64,000 nt of DNA from an uncultured Planctomycetia bacterium (GTDB lineage Bacteria; Omnitrophota; Gorgyraeia; 2-02-FULL-51-18). Every line of letters starts with the position of its first letter. The stretch's first letter is position 1. The stretch covers positions 2,981 to 66,980 of the forward strand of contig CAYZGM010000001.1 of NCBI GenBank assembly GCA_964478015.1, read 5' to 3'. Positions 17,517 through 27,239 of the stretch are shown piece by piece. The position numbers were made by a program, and so were the translations under genes. Under the pieces are notes generated by a model, which worked only from the letters and a program-made list of their open reading frames with translations, had not been told where the DNA came from and ran no database searches.

Positions 17517-18695
17517 TTAACCTCTTTCGAATGCTTCAAAAAAACGACGGTACTCGTCCTGAGCGTACCGGTCGGTCATTCCCGCCAGATAATCGCAAAT
17601 GACCCGATGGGGACCCTCGGTTTTGAGCCGCCGCTGACTCCCGGGCGGCAATTGCTCGGGGCGAGACAAATACACCTCAAAGAGCTCGCGCAGAAAGCGG
17701 CGGGCCTTATCGCTCATCCTCACGACCCGGTAATGCCTGTAAAGGCGTGTTTTCAAAAAATCCCTCAACTCTTCGCGTTTCTTGAGGAGTTCCGGACTAA
17801 ACCCGATGAGAAAATGGTCTATTTGCATGGCTTGCGCCGCATTGCGAAGACTGTGCATTTTAATTTTTTTTACCGAATGACGAATTAAGTCCGTCACCTC
17901 TAGGTTGATCAGCCCCCGGATGATCTGATATTTCCTGACGTCTGGATTCTTGATGGATTTGCCGCCAACCTTCGTGCTTACAGCCCTCCACAGAGCCAGC
18001 TTGGCCAGCTCTTCCTCCTTAATAAGACCAGAGGTAAGCCCATCGTCAATGTCATGATTATCATAAGCGATTTCGTCCGCGACATCCACTGTCTGGGATT
18101 CCAGGGACGGCGATAAAAAACTATGAAACTTCCCCATGCCAGACTGTTCGGCTTTCTTAACGAGCTCGGGATGCTTAAAAAGCCCCACTCGGGTTTCATA
18201 AGATAAGTTGAGCCCGCGAAAGGCCGGATAGCGTTCTTCCAAATAATCCACGATGCGTAAGCTTTGGAGGTTGTGATCGAATCCGCCATGATTTACCATA
18301 AGCTCGCGCAGCTCATCTTCCCCGGCGTGCCCAAAGGGGGTATGGCCCAGGTCATGCGCAAGCGTGATGGTTTCGACAAGATCCGAGTTGAGACGCAAGA
18401 CTTTAGCGATGACCCGCGCCACCTGACTGGTTTCCAGCGAATGTGTTAATCGCGTACGGTAATAATCTCCCTCATGGTTCACGAATACCTGTGTTTTGTA
18501 TTCCATTCTCCGAAATGCGGTGCTGTGGATGATGCGGTCCCGGTCGCGTTGAAACGCGGTGCGGTAAGGGTGCTCTTTCTCTCTGTGAACGCGGCCGCGG
18601 CTATCACAGCTTTTGGTGGCATAAGGCGCCAGAGATCTTTTTTCTTCTTTTTCTAAAGTGATGCGACGAACTCCTTGGTTCAAGTTGGTTGTCAT
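17517..18695 (-). CDS. dgt: Deoxyguanosinetriphosphate triphosphohydrolase (short type)
   Basis: FQRDRDRIIHS, KTQVF, RTRLTHSLE, HDLGHTPFGHAGE, DYLAGMTD. Confidence 0.95.
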   Translation of the reverse strand: MTTNLNQGVRRITLEKEEKRSLAPYATKSCDSRGRVHREKEHPYRTAFQRDRDRIIHSTAFRRMEYKTQVFVNHEGDYYRTRLTHSLETSQVARVIAKVLRLNSDLVETITLAHDLGHTPFGHAGEDELRELMVNHGGFDHNLQSLRIVDYLEERYPAFRGLNLSYETRVGLFKHPELVKKAEQSGMGKFHSFLSPSLESQTVDVADEIAYDNHDIDDGLTSGLIKEEELAKLALWRAVSTKVGGKSIKNPDVRKYQIIRGLINLEVTDLIRHSVKKIKMHSLRNAAQAMQIDHFLIGFSPELLKKREELRDFLKTRLYRHYRVVRMSDKARRFLRELFEVYLSRPEQLPPGSQRRLKTEGPHRVICDYLAGMTDRYAQDEYRRFFEAFERG

Positions 18696-18696
18696 T

Positions 18697-20388
18697 TTAC
18701 GCGGATGCGGCCTGAACGGCCGCCGGCACTCCAAGGCGGATGGGTTTTGCGGTTTGAATAATGGGTGATTTGCCGTAGAGGTCCATCAATAGGTTGATGC
18801 GCGAAAGCCCGAGAGTCAGGATTCTTTTTTCTTTGGCAAGGAGTTTGGCATTATCCTCCATCCCATTCAGCGCCAGCAGCACTTTTGTGTGGCTGCTCTT
18901 TTTATCGGAAAAGCCTTGAACCAATTCCAAAACTTCCCGCTCAGTCGCTTTGTCTTCGACAATTTTGCAGACCCAGCAGCGCCCGTTCCCCTTGGCGACA
19001 ATATCCCGGGAGTTTGAATTTGTTTGAGGCCCGGCGGCCGGCCGCAAAAACTCCGAAAAATGAGGAAGTTTACGTTTTTTTTCTCCCAACTCCACGATAT
19101 CGTTCTGAAACTCGCTAAAAAGAGCCAAAATCCGCCTCGAGACATCCACCCCAGATGACGCCTCCTCTTCCTCCAGAACTTCTGTCATGCGACGCAGAAA
19201 ACCCTCGCTTTTTGCGGTAGTCCCTAGGAGGGACAGTTCCTTTTTTTGGTAAACTTCCTTTAGCCAGAACCTGAATGTTTTGTTGTGGAATCGGTAAAAA
19301 ACCCCGTTTTTTACGATTAGCTCATGTTCGATCAGCTCCTGCAGTTGGACCGAGGTCTCACGCTGGTTACGATTGATGCTGGAGGCAATGTCCTTAATCC
19401 GGTTCTTCCCATTGGCGATCTGGGTCAGAATGAGCACGTGGCTTCCTCTGGAAACGGCCTGGGTCCACGGGGAGATCAGTTTGGAGAAATATTGGTTTAA
19501 GACCCCCTGAGACTCGTAAAAAAGTTTGAGGAGTGTTTCACAAACACTTTGTTGGCTGACTTGCGTTTCGTTCTTAGAAAGAGCCAATTCGCGTAATCGA
19601 GAAACGGTGTTCTCCAGTAAAAAAGGATGCCCGTCCGTCAAGGACACGAAAAATTTTTGCAGGGTCATAGGAACTTCGACAGGCGCCATCTTTTGAGTGA
19701 TGAATTGGAAAGCGGTTTCAAAATCAAAAGCCTCCAGATACACGCGCTCAAAATGACCGAATAACAACGTCAACTTTTCAGCCAAAATCTTCCGACTTTG
19801 AGAAAAAGAAGAGCTGGAAAGAATGTACAGAGTGTCTTTTTGAACCATGATGCGTTTGCCAAAATCCGAAAATGCATTCTTGATTCCGAATTCGCCAAGC
19901 CGGTGAAATTCATCCAGGATCACAATGGTGTTCTTGCCCGTCTCCTGTTTAAGGACATGGGTCAACTCAAACAGTTTCACGTAGGCTTCCTCCGCGTGCC
20001 GCTGCTTCAGCAAGACTGCTATTTCTCCGATGCGGGAAACGGTCTTTGGGATAAAAGCGCTCGCCTTTTCCGCAAGGGAAATCAGCGTGTCCGCCGGGTC
20101 CGCTTCCCCGCGCTGAGTCAAATACTGGTAAAGCAGGGATCGAATGAATTGATCGACGAAATAGTCCAGGGCTTGAAACTTGATTTCAACGTAGATGGGA
20201 AGAATTTCCTCGTCACGAAAAACGTGCATGAAGTGACGCAGGACTGATGATTTTCCGAGTTGCTGATGTCCGATGATCGCGACATTCTGGCGGTAACCAG
20301 ACTTGAGCCCATTCGCGCGCTTGATCAGAAGATCAATTACTTCTTGTCGGCCAAAGAAATTATCGCCGACAACGGGATCGCTGAACAT
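18697..20388 (-). CDS. Archaeal-ATPase-like (STAND-type) P-loop ATPase with winged helix and degenerate nuclease-like C-domain
   Basis: FFGRQE, Walker A GHQQLGKS, Walker B ILDEF, TDGHPF, YRFHNKTFRFWL. Confidence 0.8.
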   Translation of the reverse strand: MFSDPVVGDNFFGRQEVIDLLIKRANGLKSGYRQNVAIIGHQQLGKSSVLRHFMHVFRDEEILPIYVEIKFQALDYFVDQFIRSLLYQYLTQRGEADPADTLISLAEKASAFIPKTVSRIGEIAVLLKQRHAEEAYVKLFELTHVLKQETGKNTIVILDEFHRLGEFGIKNAFSDFGKRIMVQKDTLYILSSSSFSQSRKILAEKLTLLFGHFERVYLEAFDFETAFQFITQKMAPVEVPMTLQKFFVSLTDGHPFLLENTVSRLRELALSKNETQVSQQSVCETLLKLFYESQGVLNQYFSKLISPWTQAVSRGSHVLILTQIANGKNRIKDIASSINRNQRETSVQLQELIEHELIVKNGVFYRFHNKTFRFWLKEVYQKKELSLLGTTAKSEGFLRRMTEVLEEEEASSGVDVSRRILALFSEFQNDIVELGEKKRKLPHFSEFLRPAAGPQTNSNSRDIVAKGNGRCWVCKIVEDKATEREVLELVQGFSDKKSSHTKVLLALNGMEDNAKLLAKEKRILTLGLSRINLLMDLYGKSPIIQTAKPIRLGVPAAVQAASA

Positions 20389-20487
20389 TCCTCGCCTCTT
20401 CTTAAAAAAAAACTTTGACTGTTAAATTTTTGGCGGCTAAAAACCCACCGCGATCCAAAAACACCGAAGCCACTTTCCTTGCAGCTC

Positions 20488-20517
20488 ATAGTACCTCGGC
20501 CGCCCCAACCGAGTCAA
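20488..20517 (-). promoter_or_regulatory. Putative sigma70 promoter for the ATPase-dgt operon
   Basis: TTGACT-18 nt-TACTAT. Confidence 0.5.
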
Positions 20518-20634
20518 AAAAAACATATCATAAAACGATTTGCGGCCAAAGAAACTCTTGACAACTTTACCGACGAATTACCAGCAGCCTTGTGTGTATT
20601 CCCAAGCAGACCACAACACGAAAAGACCTTTTAA

Positions 20635-20708
20635 TGGAGCGGGTGATGGGAATCGAACCCACATCTAAAGCTTGGGAAGCTTTCATTCTACCACTGAACT
20701 ACACCCGC
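20635..20708 (-). tRNA. tRNA-Gly (anticodon CCC)
   Basis: GCGGGTGTAGTTCAGTGGTAGAATGAAAGCTTCCCAAGCTTTAGATGTGGGTTCGATTCCCATCACCCGCTCCA; cloverleaf, encoded CCA. Confidence 0.97.
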
Positions 20709-20713
20709 GAATT

Positions 20714-21622
20714 TTAAAACCGCGTTAATTTTCTGAAATGCCTGTAACGGCTCTCGATCTGACTGCGTTTTAGGCTCACCAGACGATCCAGGCTGAAGCT
20801 TTCCACATTATACGAGGCCAACACACTTCCGTAAATGGCAGCGCGGCGCACAAACGTTTCATTCAACCGACCGGAGCCCGCCAAGAATCCGATAAAGGCT
20901 CCGGCAAATGTGTCACCCGCACCCGTCGGGTCAAAAACCCTTTCCAGGGGATAGGCGGGAACCGTAAAGATACTTTTCTTTGAAAAACAGGCGACCCCAT
21001 GCTCCCCTTTCTTGATCACCACAAGTTTCGGGCCTCGATCCAAGATCCAGCGCGCGGCGCCGATGAGATTGTATTCGCCGGAAAGTTCGCGAGCTTCTCC
21101 GTCATTGCAGAGAAAAATATCCATTTTCTTGAGAAGCGTCATCAACGAATTTTTTTTATGTTCGATCCAGTAGTTCATGGTGTCGCAGGCGCAAAGAACC
21201 GGTTTTTTCATCTGCTTCAGAACGGAGCGCTGGATGTCCGGATCGATATTGGCTAGAAAAAGGACGCGTTTGGACCGATTTTCATCCGAAAGATCCGGGC
21301 GAAAATCCGTGAATACGTTGAGTTCCGTCTTCAGTGTCCTCGGGTTGTTGAGGTCGTAGCTGTAAGAGCCTTTCCAACGGAAAGTCCGTCCGGCAACAGT
21401 GTGAAGGTCGCGCGTATCGACGCCGAGCTTTTTAAGAAGTGTCAGATATTTTTTTGGGAAGTCCTCCCCCACCACCGCGACCACAGAAACCGGTGAAAAA
21501 AAACGGGCGCTGGCGCTGAAATACGTGACCGAGCCCCCAAGCGCATCGCGTGCCCTTCCGAAAGGGGTGCTGACCGTGTCCAGAGCCACTGAACCCAATG
21601 CCAAGATGCCCTTATTTGTCAT
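20714..21622 (-). CDS. PfkB family carbohydrate/nucleoside kinase
   Basis: GSVALD, LGGS, DPTGAGDTF. Confidence 0.9.
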   Translation of the reverse strand: MTNKGILALGSVALDTVSTPFGRARDALGGSVTYFSASARFFSPVSVVAVVGEDFPKKYLTLLKKLGVDTRDLHTVAGRTFRWKGSYSYDLNNPRTLKTELNVFTDFRPDLSDENRSKRVLFLANIDPDIQRSVLKQMKKPVLCACDTMNYWIEHKKNSLMTLLKKMDIFLCNDGEARELSGEYNLIGAARWILDRGPKLVVIKKGEHGVACFSKKSIFTVPAYPLERVFDPTGAGDTFAGAFIGFLAGSGRLNETFVRRAAIYGSVLASYNVESFSLDRLVSLKRSQIESRYRHFRKLTRF

Positions 21623-22271
21623 GTGCGTTAATCCTGTTTTCCATTTTTCGAATAAGCGTTTGAGCCGCCTCCCCGGGATTGTCCGAGCCCATCAAGGACC
21701 GGACAACCGCAACGCATTTGGCACCGGCCTTTAAAACCTCGTAGATATTATTTTCGTCGATCCCGCCGATAGCGACAAAAGGGATCTTAATATTTTTTGA
21801 AGCGAAGCGAACAAGCTCAAGTCCAACCGCCGCCCGTCCCGGCTTCGTGGGTGTCGCATAAACAGGACCGACGCCGATATAATCAAATCCCTCGCGCTCG
21901 GCCGCCAAGGCCTGCTCGGCGCTGTGCGTGGAACGCCCAATAAGGGCATTCTCTCCCAGCAATTGACGAGCCTGCACCAGAGTCCCATCGTCTTGGCCCA
22001 AGTGGACGCCGTCCGCCCCGCATTCCCTGGCCAGCTGCAAGCGATCGTTGACGATGAGCGGCACTCCCATGTGATGGGTCAGGGACCGCAGGACTTTGGC
22101 TTCGGCCAAAAACTCTTTGTCCGAGGCCGTTTTATTGCGAAGCTGGAGCACGTCGGCGCCGCCGCGAATCGCCGCTTCGGCGAGAGCCGCGAGATCTCGG
22201 CCTTTCAGGCGATCCGGACAGGTGATTGCGTAAAGCCTCCAATTGAGGGACTGCCTTTTTTTCAAGCGCAT
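21612..22271 (-). CDS. thiE: Thiamine-phosphate synthase
   Basis: QLRNK, IVNDR, GVHLGQDD, GRSTH, TPTK, AIGGI. Confidence 0.95.
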   Translation of the reverse strand: MRLKKRQSLNWRLYAITCPDRLKGRDLAALAEAAIRGGADVLQLRNKTASDKEFLAEAKVLRSLTHHMGVPLIVNDRLQLARECGADGVHLGQDDGTLVQARQLLGENALIGRSTHSAEQALAAEREGFDYIGVGPVYATPTKPGRAAVGLELVRFASKNIKIPFVAIGGIDENNIYEVLKAGAKCVAVVRSLMGSDNPGEAAQTLIRKMENRINAHDK

Positions 22272-22653
22272 AGAAGCGGAACCTTATTTCTTTTATCCGA
22301 CGTGATGCGGGCCGATCCGCAAGCTTTGAAAATTCTTCCAGGGCTCTCAGAGATTCCTTCACGCGTTGAGCATTGGCCGTAAAAATATCCGCCAAATCAG
22401 CCCTATCCTCCTCCAACGAAGAGGAGCTTCTTCCCACGTCCTTTCGCGTGTCGCGCGATCTCAAGAGGGTTTGCGGACTGACCGCGTAATTCCTCAAAAT
22501 ATCGCTCAGCGCATGACGGGACCGCTTTAGCGAGTCCTGCAGCAAGGCGGAACCCGCTCCGAACCGAAGCACTTCCTCCAGCACGCGCAGCCCTTCCCGC
22601 GCGCGGTTAAAATTGGCATCCAAGATTCTATAGAGCTTTCTTGGCTCGGTCAA
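22132..22653 (-). CDS. ThiD2-like helical domain protein (N-terminal domain of cyanobacterial-type ThiE)
   Basis: [42 protein letters not shown]. Confidence 0.85.
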   Translation of the reverse strand: MTEPRKLYRILDANFNRAREGLRVLEEVLRFGAGSALLQDSLKRSRHALSDILRNYAVSPQTLLRSRDTRKDVGRSSSSLEEDRADLADIFTANAQRVKESLRALEEFSKLADRPASRRIKEIRFRFYALEKKAVPQLEALRNHLSGSPERPRSRGSRRSGDSRRRRRAPASQ

Positions 22654-23123
22654 AGGTTCTGAATCTTTCCAAGCAGCCCCGACGTGGAAAATCCCCGGAC
22701 GTAAGGGATAAGTCGCACATGGCCGCCGTGAGCCTCGACGAGCGAAGCACCCACCACGTCCTTTTTTTTCCAGTCCCCGCCTTTGACGAGAACATCGGGG
22801 CGGATGGCCCGAATGACCTCGAGAGGCGACTCCTGGGAAAAAATAACGACGTGATCGACGCAGGAAAGCGCCGAAAGAACCTCGGCGCGGTCTTTTTCGC
22901 GATTGAGAGGCCGGCCGGCCCCTTTCAATCGGCGCACAGAGGCGTCCGAATTAAGCCCGACGACCAGAACGTCCCCGAGCTTTTTTGCTTTTTGCAAATA
23001 GGACGTGTGGCCCCTGTGCAAAATGTCAAAGCAGCCGTTTGTGAAAACAATGCGTTTGCCGGCCGCGCGAGACGCCCTGAGTTTCCTGAGCAGACCGTTT
23101 AACGCCAAGAGCTTTGTGCTCAT
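22650..23123 (-). CDS. hldC: D-glycero-beta-D-manno-heptose 1-phosphate adenylyltransferase (RfaE domain II)
   Basis: [27 protein letters not shown]. Confidence 0.93.
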   Translation of the reverse strand: MSTKLLALNGLLRKLRASRAAGKRIVFTNGCFDILHRGHTSYLQKAKKLGDVLVVGLNSDASVRRLKGAGRPLNREKDRAEVLSALSCVDHVVIFSQESPLEVIRAIRPDVLVKGGDWKKKDVVGASLVEAHGGHVRLIPYVRGFSTSGLLGKIQNL

Positions 23124-23689
23124 TTGGCCGATAACGCCTCGTCGACACATTCGCACAGGATGTGTCCGATCATGATGTGGGATTCCTGGATCCGCGAAGT
23201 TTTTTTTGAGGGAATCACGAGGGCAAGATCCACCGACGTTTTCAATTCACCGCCGGTGCCGCCCGTAAGGCCGATCGTGTAAATACCCATTATTTTGGCG
23301 CGTTTGACCGCAGCCAACACGTTCTTGGAGTTACCGCTGGTGGAAAGGGCAATCGCCACATCGTTTCTTTTCCCCAAGGCCTCTATCTGGCGCTCAAAAA
23401 CGCGATCAAATCCATAGTCATTGCCCACCGCGGTCAGGATCGACGTGTCTGTGGTCAGCGAGATCGCTGCCAGCGCCCGACGTTCTTTTTCATAGCGTCC
23501 AACAAATTCAGCGGCCAGGTGCTGACTGTCGCTGGCGGAACCGCCATTCCCAAAAAAAAGGATCTTGTTTCCAGATTTCAAACAATCCACAAGTTTGGCG
23601 GCAGCTTTTTCAATCTCCGGCACCAATGTCCGGAGGATCTCCTGTTTGACCAAAAGAGCGTCTTGGATGTGTTGGGAAATATTCGTCAT
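23120..23689 (-). CDS. gmhA: D-sedoheptulose-7-phosphate isomerase
   Basis: [33 protein letters not shown]. Confidence 0.96.
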   Translation of the reverse strand: MTNISQHIQDALLVKQEILRTLVPEIEKAAAKLVDCLKSGNKILFFGNGGSASDSQHLAAEFVGRYEKERRALAAISLTTDTSILTAVGNDYGFDRVFERQIEALGKRNDVAIALSTSGNSKNVLAAVKRAKIMGIYTIGLTGGTGGELKTSVDLALVIPSKKTSRIQESHIMIGHILCECVDEALSAK

Positions 23690-23698
23690 GGGTCTACG

Positions 23699-24721
23699 TC
23701 AACCGAAAAATGTCCGCGCCATGTCATAGTATTCGGCTTCGACTGTTTTTAGCTTTTTCACGGCGTCCTCAATGGGAATCGCAATGATCTCGGTGCCTTT
23801 GAGCGCAACCATCTTGCCAAAGGAGCCCTGTTTTATCAACTGCACCGCTTTTTCTCCGAAGCGCGTTCCAAGCACACGGTCATAGGCGCTTGCCGTGCCT
23901 CCCCGCTGAACATGCCCAAGGACGGTGGTTCGCGTCTCAAGCTTTGTTTCCTCCTCGATCCGTTTGGCCAGGAGCTCTCCTATGCCTCCGAGGCGGACAT
24001 GCCCGAACTGATCCAATTTTTTTTCGATCAGGATTTCATTCCCCTCAAATTTTGCGCCCTCCGCGACAACGATGATGCTGAAATATTTGCCCCGGTCGAT
24101 CCTTCTTTGGATCACCTCACAGACTTCCTTCATTTTGATCGGGACTTCAGGGATCAAGATCAGGTCTGCGCCTCCCGCAATGCCGGAGTGAAGCGCGATC
24201 CATCCTGCATGGCGTCCCATGACTTCGACCACCATGATGCGGCGGTGGCTCTCCGCCGTGCTATGGAGCCGGTCGATGGCTTCCATGGCGATGTTGACCG
24301 CTGTGTCAAAACCAAAAGTCACGTCGGTCCCCGACAGATCATTGTCGATCGTTTTGGGAACACCCACCACATTGAAGCCGTCCTTAAAAAATTTATTGGC
24401 CACCCCCAACGTGTCTTCGCCCCCGATCGCGATCAGGGCATCGAGCCCCATTTTTTTAAAGTTGGTCTTTAGCTTTTCTGCGGCAGAGGCTTCCTTGTAG
24501 GGGTTCGTCCGGCTGGTTCCGAGGATCGTGCCCCCGCGATGGATAATCCCGGACACCGCGGCCGCATCCAGAGGCATGGTTTCCGAATCTACCAATCCTT
24601 TCCAACCATTCTTGATGCCAAGCACCTGGTGCCCTTGCTTGATCGCCGTTTTCACGGCGGCGCGGATCACCGGATTAAGCCCAGGGCAGTCTCCCCCGCC
24701 GGTTAAAATACCTAGCTTCAT
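23699..24721 (-). CDS. pfkA: 6-phosphofructokinase (group III, likely PPi-dependent)
   Basis: TGGGDCPG, GGEDT, PKTIDND, EVMGR, GHVQRGG. Confidence 0.93.
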   Translation of the reverse strand: MKLGILTGGGDCPGLNPVIRAAVKTAIKQGHQVLGIKNGWKGLVDSETMPLDAAAVSGIIHRGGTILGTSRTNPYKEASAAEKLKTNFKKMGLDALIAIGGEDTLGVANKFFKDGFNVVGVPKTIDNDLSGTDVTFGFDTAVNIAMEAIDRLHSTAESHRRIMVVEVMGRHAGWIALHSGIAGGADLILIPEVPIKMKEVCEVIQRRIDRGKYFSIIVVAEGAKFEGNEILIEKKLDQFGHVRLGGIGELLAKRIEEETKLETRTTVLGHVQRGGTASAYDRVLGTRFGEKAVQLIKQGSFGKMVALKGTEIIAIPIEDAVKKLKTVEAEYYDMARTFFG

Positions 24722-24742
24722 GCCAGCCTCCTTCTTCTCAAC

Positions 24743-26149
24743 TTACGGCACCGCAACTTCGTTTGATTTTTTGGACTTCTCATCTTCCGATCTTTTATTC
24801 GGCCAATCATCCAATAGCCTCGGGACAAAGTCCGTATAAACCTGACCCCGGCGGAAAAGAGGATTCTTTAAAATCTCTCGGTGAATGGGGATCGTGGACT
24901 TGATGGGTTCGATGATGAACTCTTCAAGCGCCCGTTGCATGATGCTGATGGCTTCCGGACGGTTCCGGCCGTAGGCCATGAGCTTTCCGATCATCGAATC
25001 ATAATAGGGCAGCACTTTGTATCCGGCGTGGGCATGACTGTCGATGCGGATCCCAGGGCCGCCCGGCGCATTGTAGCGCTCGATCAGCCCGGGGGACGGC
25101 GAAAAATCATTCTCCGGGTCTTCGGCATTGATCCGGCATTCGATCGCATGGCCGCGCATCGGAACCTTGTCCTGTCTTTTGATGGAGAGTTTCTCTCCGG
25201 CCGCGATTCGGATTTGCTCCTTGACGATGTCAATGCCCGTCACGAGCTCTGTGATCCCGTGCTCAACCTGCACTCGCGTGTTCATTTCAATGAAATAAAA
25301 CCGTCCGTCCGTATCCAATAAAAATTCGATCGTGCCGGCGTTGGTGTAGTTGACGGCCCGGGCAGCCTTGATGGCCATGTCGCCCATTTTTTTCCGGAGT
25401 TTCCAATCCAGAACAGGCGAGGGACATTCCTCCAGAAGTTTCTGATGGCGTCTTTGGATCGTGCAGTCACGCTCGTACAAGTGGATCATGTGCCCATGGG
25501 TGTCGGCCAGGATCTGAAATTCAATGTGTCTGGGCTTTTCGAGATATTTCTCGATGTAAACGGCGGAGTTGCCAAATGCTTTTTCGGCTTCATGCTGCGC
25601 GGTCATCAGCGCGCTGACAAGCCTTACCTCGTTGTGACAGACACGCATGCCGCGTCCCCCGCCGCCCGCGGTGGCTTTGATGATGACCGGATACTTGATC
25701 TTCTTGGCAATCTTGAGCGCCTCGTCTTTGTCTTTCACGGCTTCCGAGGTTCCCGGAATAATAGGAACACCCGCCTTTCGCACGGTTTCGCGTGCGGCCA
25801 TTTTATCTCCCATGGCCCGGATCGCTTCCGGCTGCGGCCCGATGAATTTAATCTGACAAGACCCGCAGATTTCCGCAAAATGGGCATTTTCGGAGAGAAA
25901 ACCATAACCCGGATGGATCGCGTCGACGTCCGTAATTTCGGCCGCGCTGATAATGGCCGGAATATTCATATAACTTTGGCCGGCAGAGGCTCCGCCGATA
26001 CAGACGGCATCATCTGCCAGATACACATGCGGTGAATCTGCGTCCGGCTGGGAGTAAACGGCAACCGTTTGCACGCCCATTTCCTTACAGGCGCGTATGA
26101 TGCGAAGGGCTATTTCTCCCCGGTTGGCAACTAGGATTTTTGAGAACAT
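24743..26149 (-). CDS. accC: Acetyl-CoA carboxylase biotin carboxylase
   Basis: [41 protein letters not shown]. Confidence 0.97.
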   Translation of the reverse strand: MFSKILVANRGEIALRIIRACKEMGVQTVAVYSQPDADSPHVYLADDAVCIGGASAGQSYMNIPAIISAAEITDVDAIHPGYGFLSENAHFAEICGSCQIKFIGPQPEAIRAMGDKMAARETVRKAGVPIIPGTSEAVKDKDEALKIAKKIKYPVIIKATAGGGGRGMRVCHNEVRLVSALMTAQHEAEKAFGNSAVYIEKYLEKPRHIEFQILADTHGHMIHLYERDCTIQRRHQKLLEECPSPVLDWKLRKKMGDMAIKAARAVNYTNAGTIEFLLDTDGRFYFIEMNTRVQVEHGITELVTGIDIVKEQIRIAAGEKLSIKRQDKVPMRGHAIECRINAEDPENDFSPSPGLIERYNAPGGPGIRIDSHAHAGYKVLPYYDSMIGKLMAYGRNRPEAISIMQRALEEFIIEPIKSTIPIHREILKNPLFRRGQVYTDFVPRLLDDWPNKRSEDEKSKKSNEVAVP

Positions 26150-26170
26150 GTTTAGCGAAAGCCCGGTAAG

Positions 26171-26623
26171 TTACTCGATCACAAAAAGGGGCTGGCCAAA
26201 TTCAACAGGATCCCCGTTGTGAACCAGAATCTCGGAGATTTTTCCGCGAACCTCTGATTTGATCTCATTCATAAGTTTCATGGCTTCGATGACGCAAATC
26301 ACCTGTCCGACTTCGACTTGATCTCCGATCTGGACAAATGGCGCGGCATCGGGTGCGGGCGAGGAATAGAAAGTGCCGACCATCGGGGATTTGATTGTCT
26401 GGCGCTGTGCAGTCGGAGTGGCTGCCTCGCGTGGCGCGGTCTCGGAGACCCGCGCTTGGGCTGCCTGTGCGCGAACGGGCGACTCACCGGACATACTGGA
26501 CTCAATCACGCCTCCGGACCCTTTCCTTAGGCGTATTTTCAAACCGTCCTTTTCCATCTCAAATTCCATAAGTCCATGCTCGTTCATCAGCTGGATCATC
26601 TCTTTAATCTCTTTTAAATTCAC
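26171..26623 (-). CDS. accB: Biotin carboxyl carrier protein
   Basis: SPMVGTFY, EAMKLMNEI. Confidence 0.97.
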   Translation of the reverse strand: MNLKEIKEMIQLMNEHGLMEFEMEKDGLKIRLRKGSGGVIESSMSGESPVRAQAAQARVSETAPREAATPTAQRQTIKSPMVGTFYSSPAPDAAPFVQIGDQVEVGQVICVIEAMKLMNEIKSEVRGKISEILVHNGDPVEFGQPLFVIE

Positions 26624-26681
26624 CCTGCCCTCCCTCTGCGAAGACCGCGGTCATTTGAAAAATTTTGTCACCGGTTGCATT

Positions 26682-27239
26682 TTAAGCCCGTTCGAGATAT
26701 TGGCCGGTGCGCGTGTCCACCCGGATTTTATCGCCGGGATTCACGAAAAGCGGCACCTTGATCGTCGCGCCCGTTTCCACGGTGGCTGGTTTTGTTCCGC
26801 TTTTGGCCGTGTCACCCCGAACCCCCGGTTCCGTTTGCGTCACCTCGAGGGTTACCGATGCCGGGAGTTCCACCAAAATGAGTTCCTCGTCGTTGTACCG
26901 TCCAATGACCTCCATGTTTTCTTTCAGGTAGTTGACCTGCTCACCCAAAAGAGTTTTGGAGATCATCACCTCGTTGTAGGACTGGTTGTCCATAAAGTTA
27001 TACTTATCGCCATCGCTGTAGAGATATTGGATCGGACGATCCTCGAGATAGATCTCCTCAAAGCGTTCGCCCGAACGGAAAGGTTGATCCAGAACGCTGC
27101 CTGTTTTGATATTTTTAAGACGCGTCCGGACAATCGCCTGACGCTGTTGCATACGAACCAACTGAAAATCGATGATCTCGTACATCCCGTGCTCGTATCG
27201 AATAACCATGCCGTTCTTAAAATCACTTGTCGAGATCAC
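26682..27239 (-). CDS. efp: Elongation factor P
   Basis: FRSGE, PGVRGDTA, KPATVETG, VDTRTGQYLERA; canonical pepP-efp-accB context. Confidence 0.95.
   Translation of the reverse strand: MISTSDFKNGMVIRYEHGMYEIIDFQLVRMQQRQAIVRTRLKNIKTGSVLDQPFRSGERFEEIYLEDRPIQYLYSDGDKYNFMDNQSYNEVMISKTLLGEQVNYLKENMEVIGRYNDEELILVELPASVTLEVTQTEPGVRGDTAKSGTKPATVETGATIKVPLFVNPGDKIRVDTRTGQYLERA

Noticed and set aside
20389-20708. Genomic island integrated at tRNA-Gly
   Set aside because: No integrase, no duplicated tRNA 3' end noticed, and the downstream genes look chromosomal
22255-22262. Classical A-AAA-AAG -1 ribosomal frameshift joining ThiD2 and ThiE
   Set aside because: thiE is in the +1 frame relative to ThiD2, so a -1 shift would not fuse them
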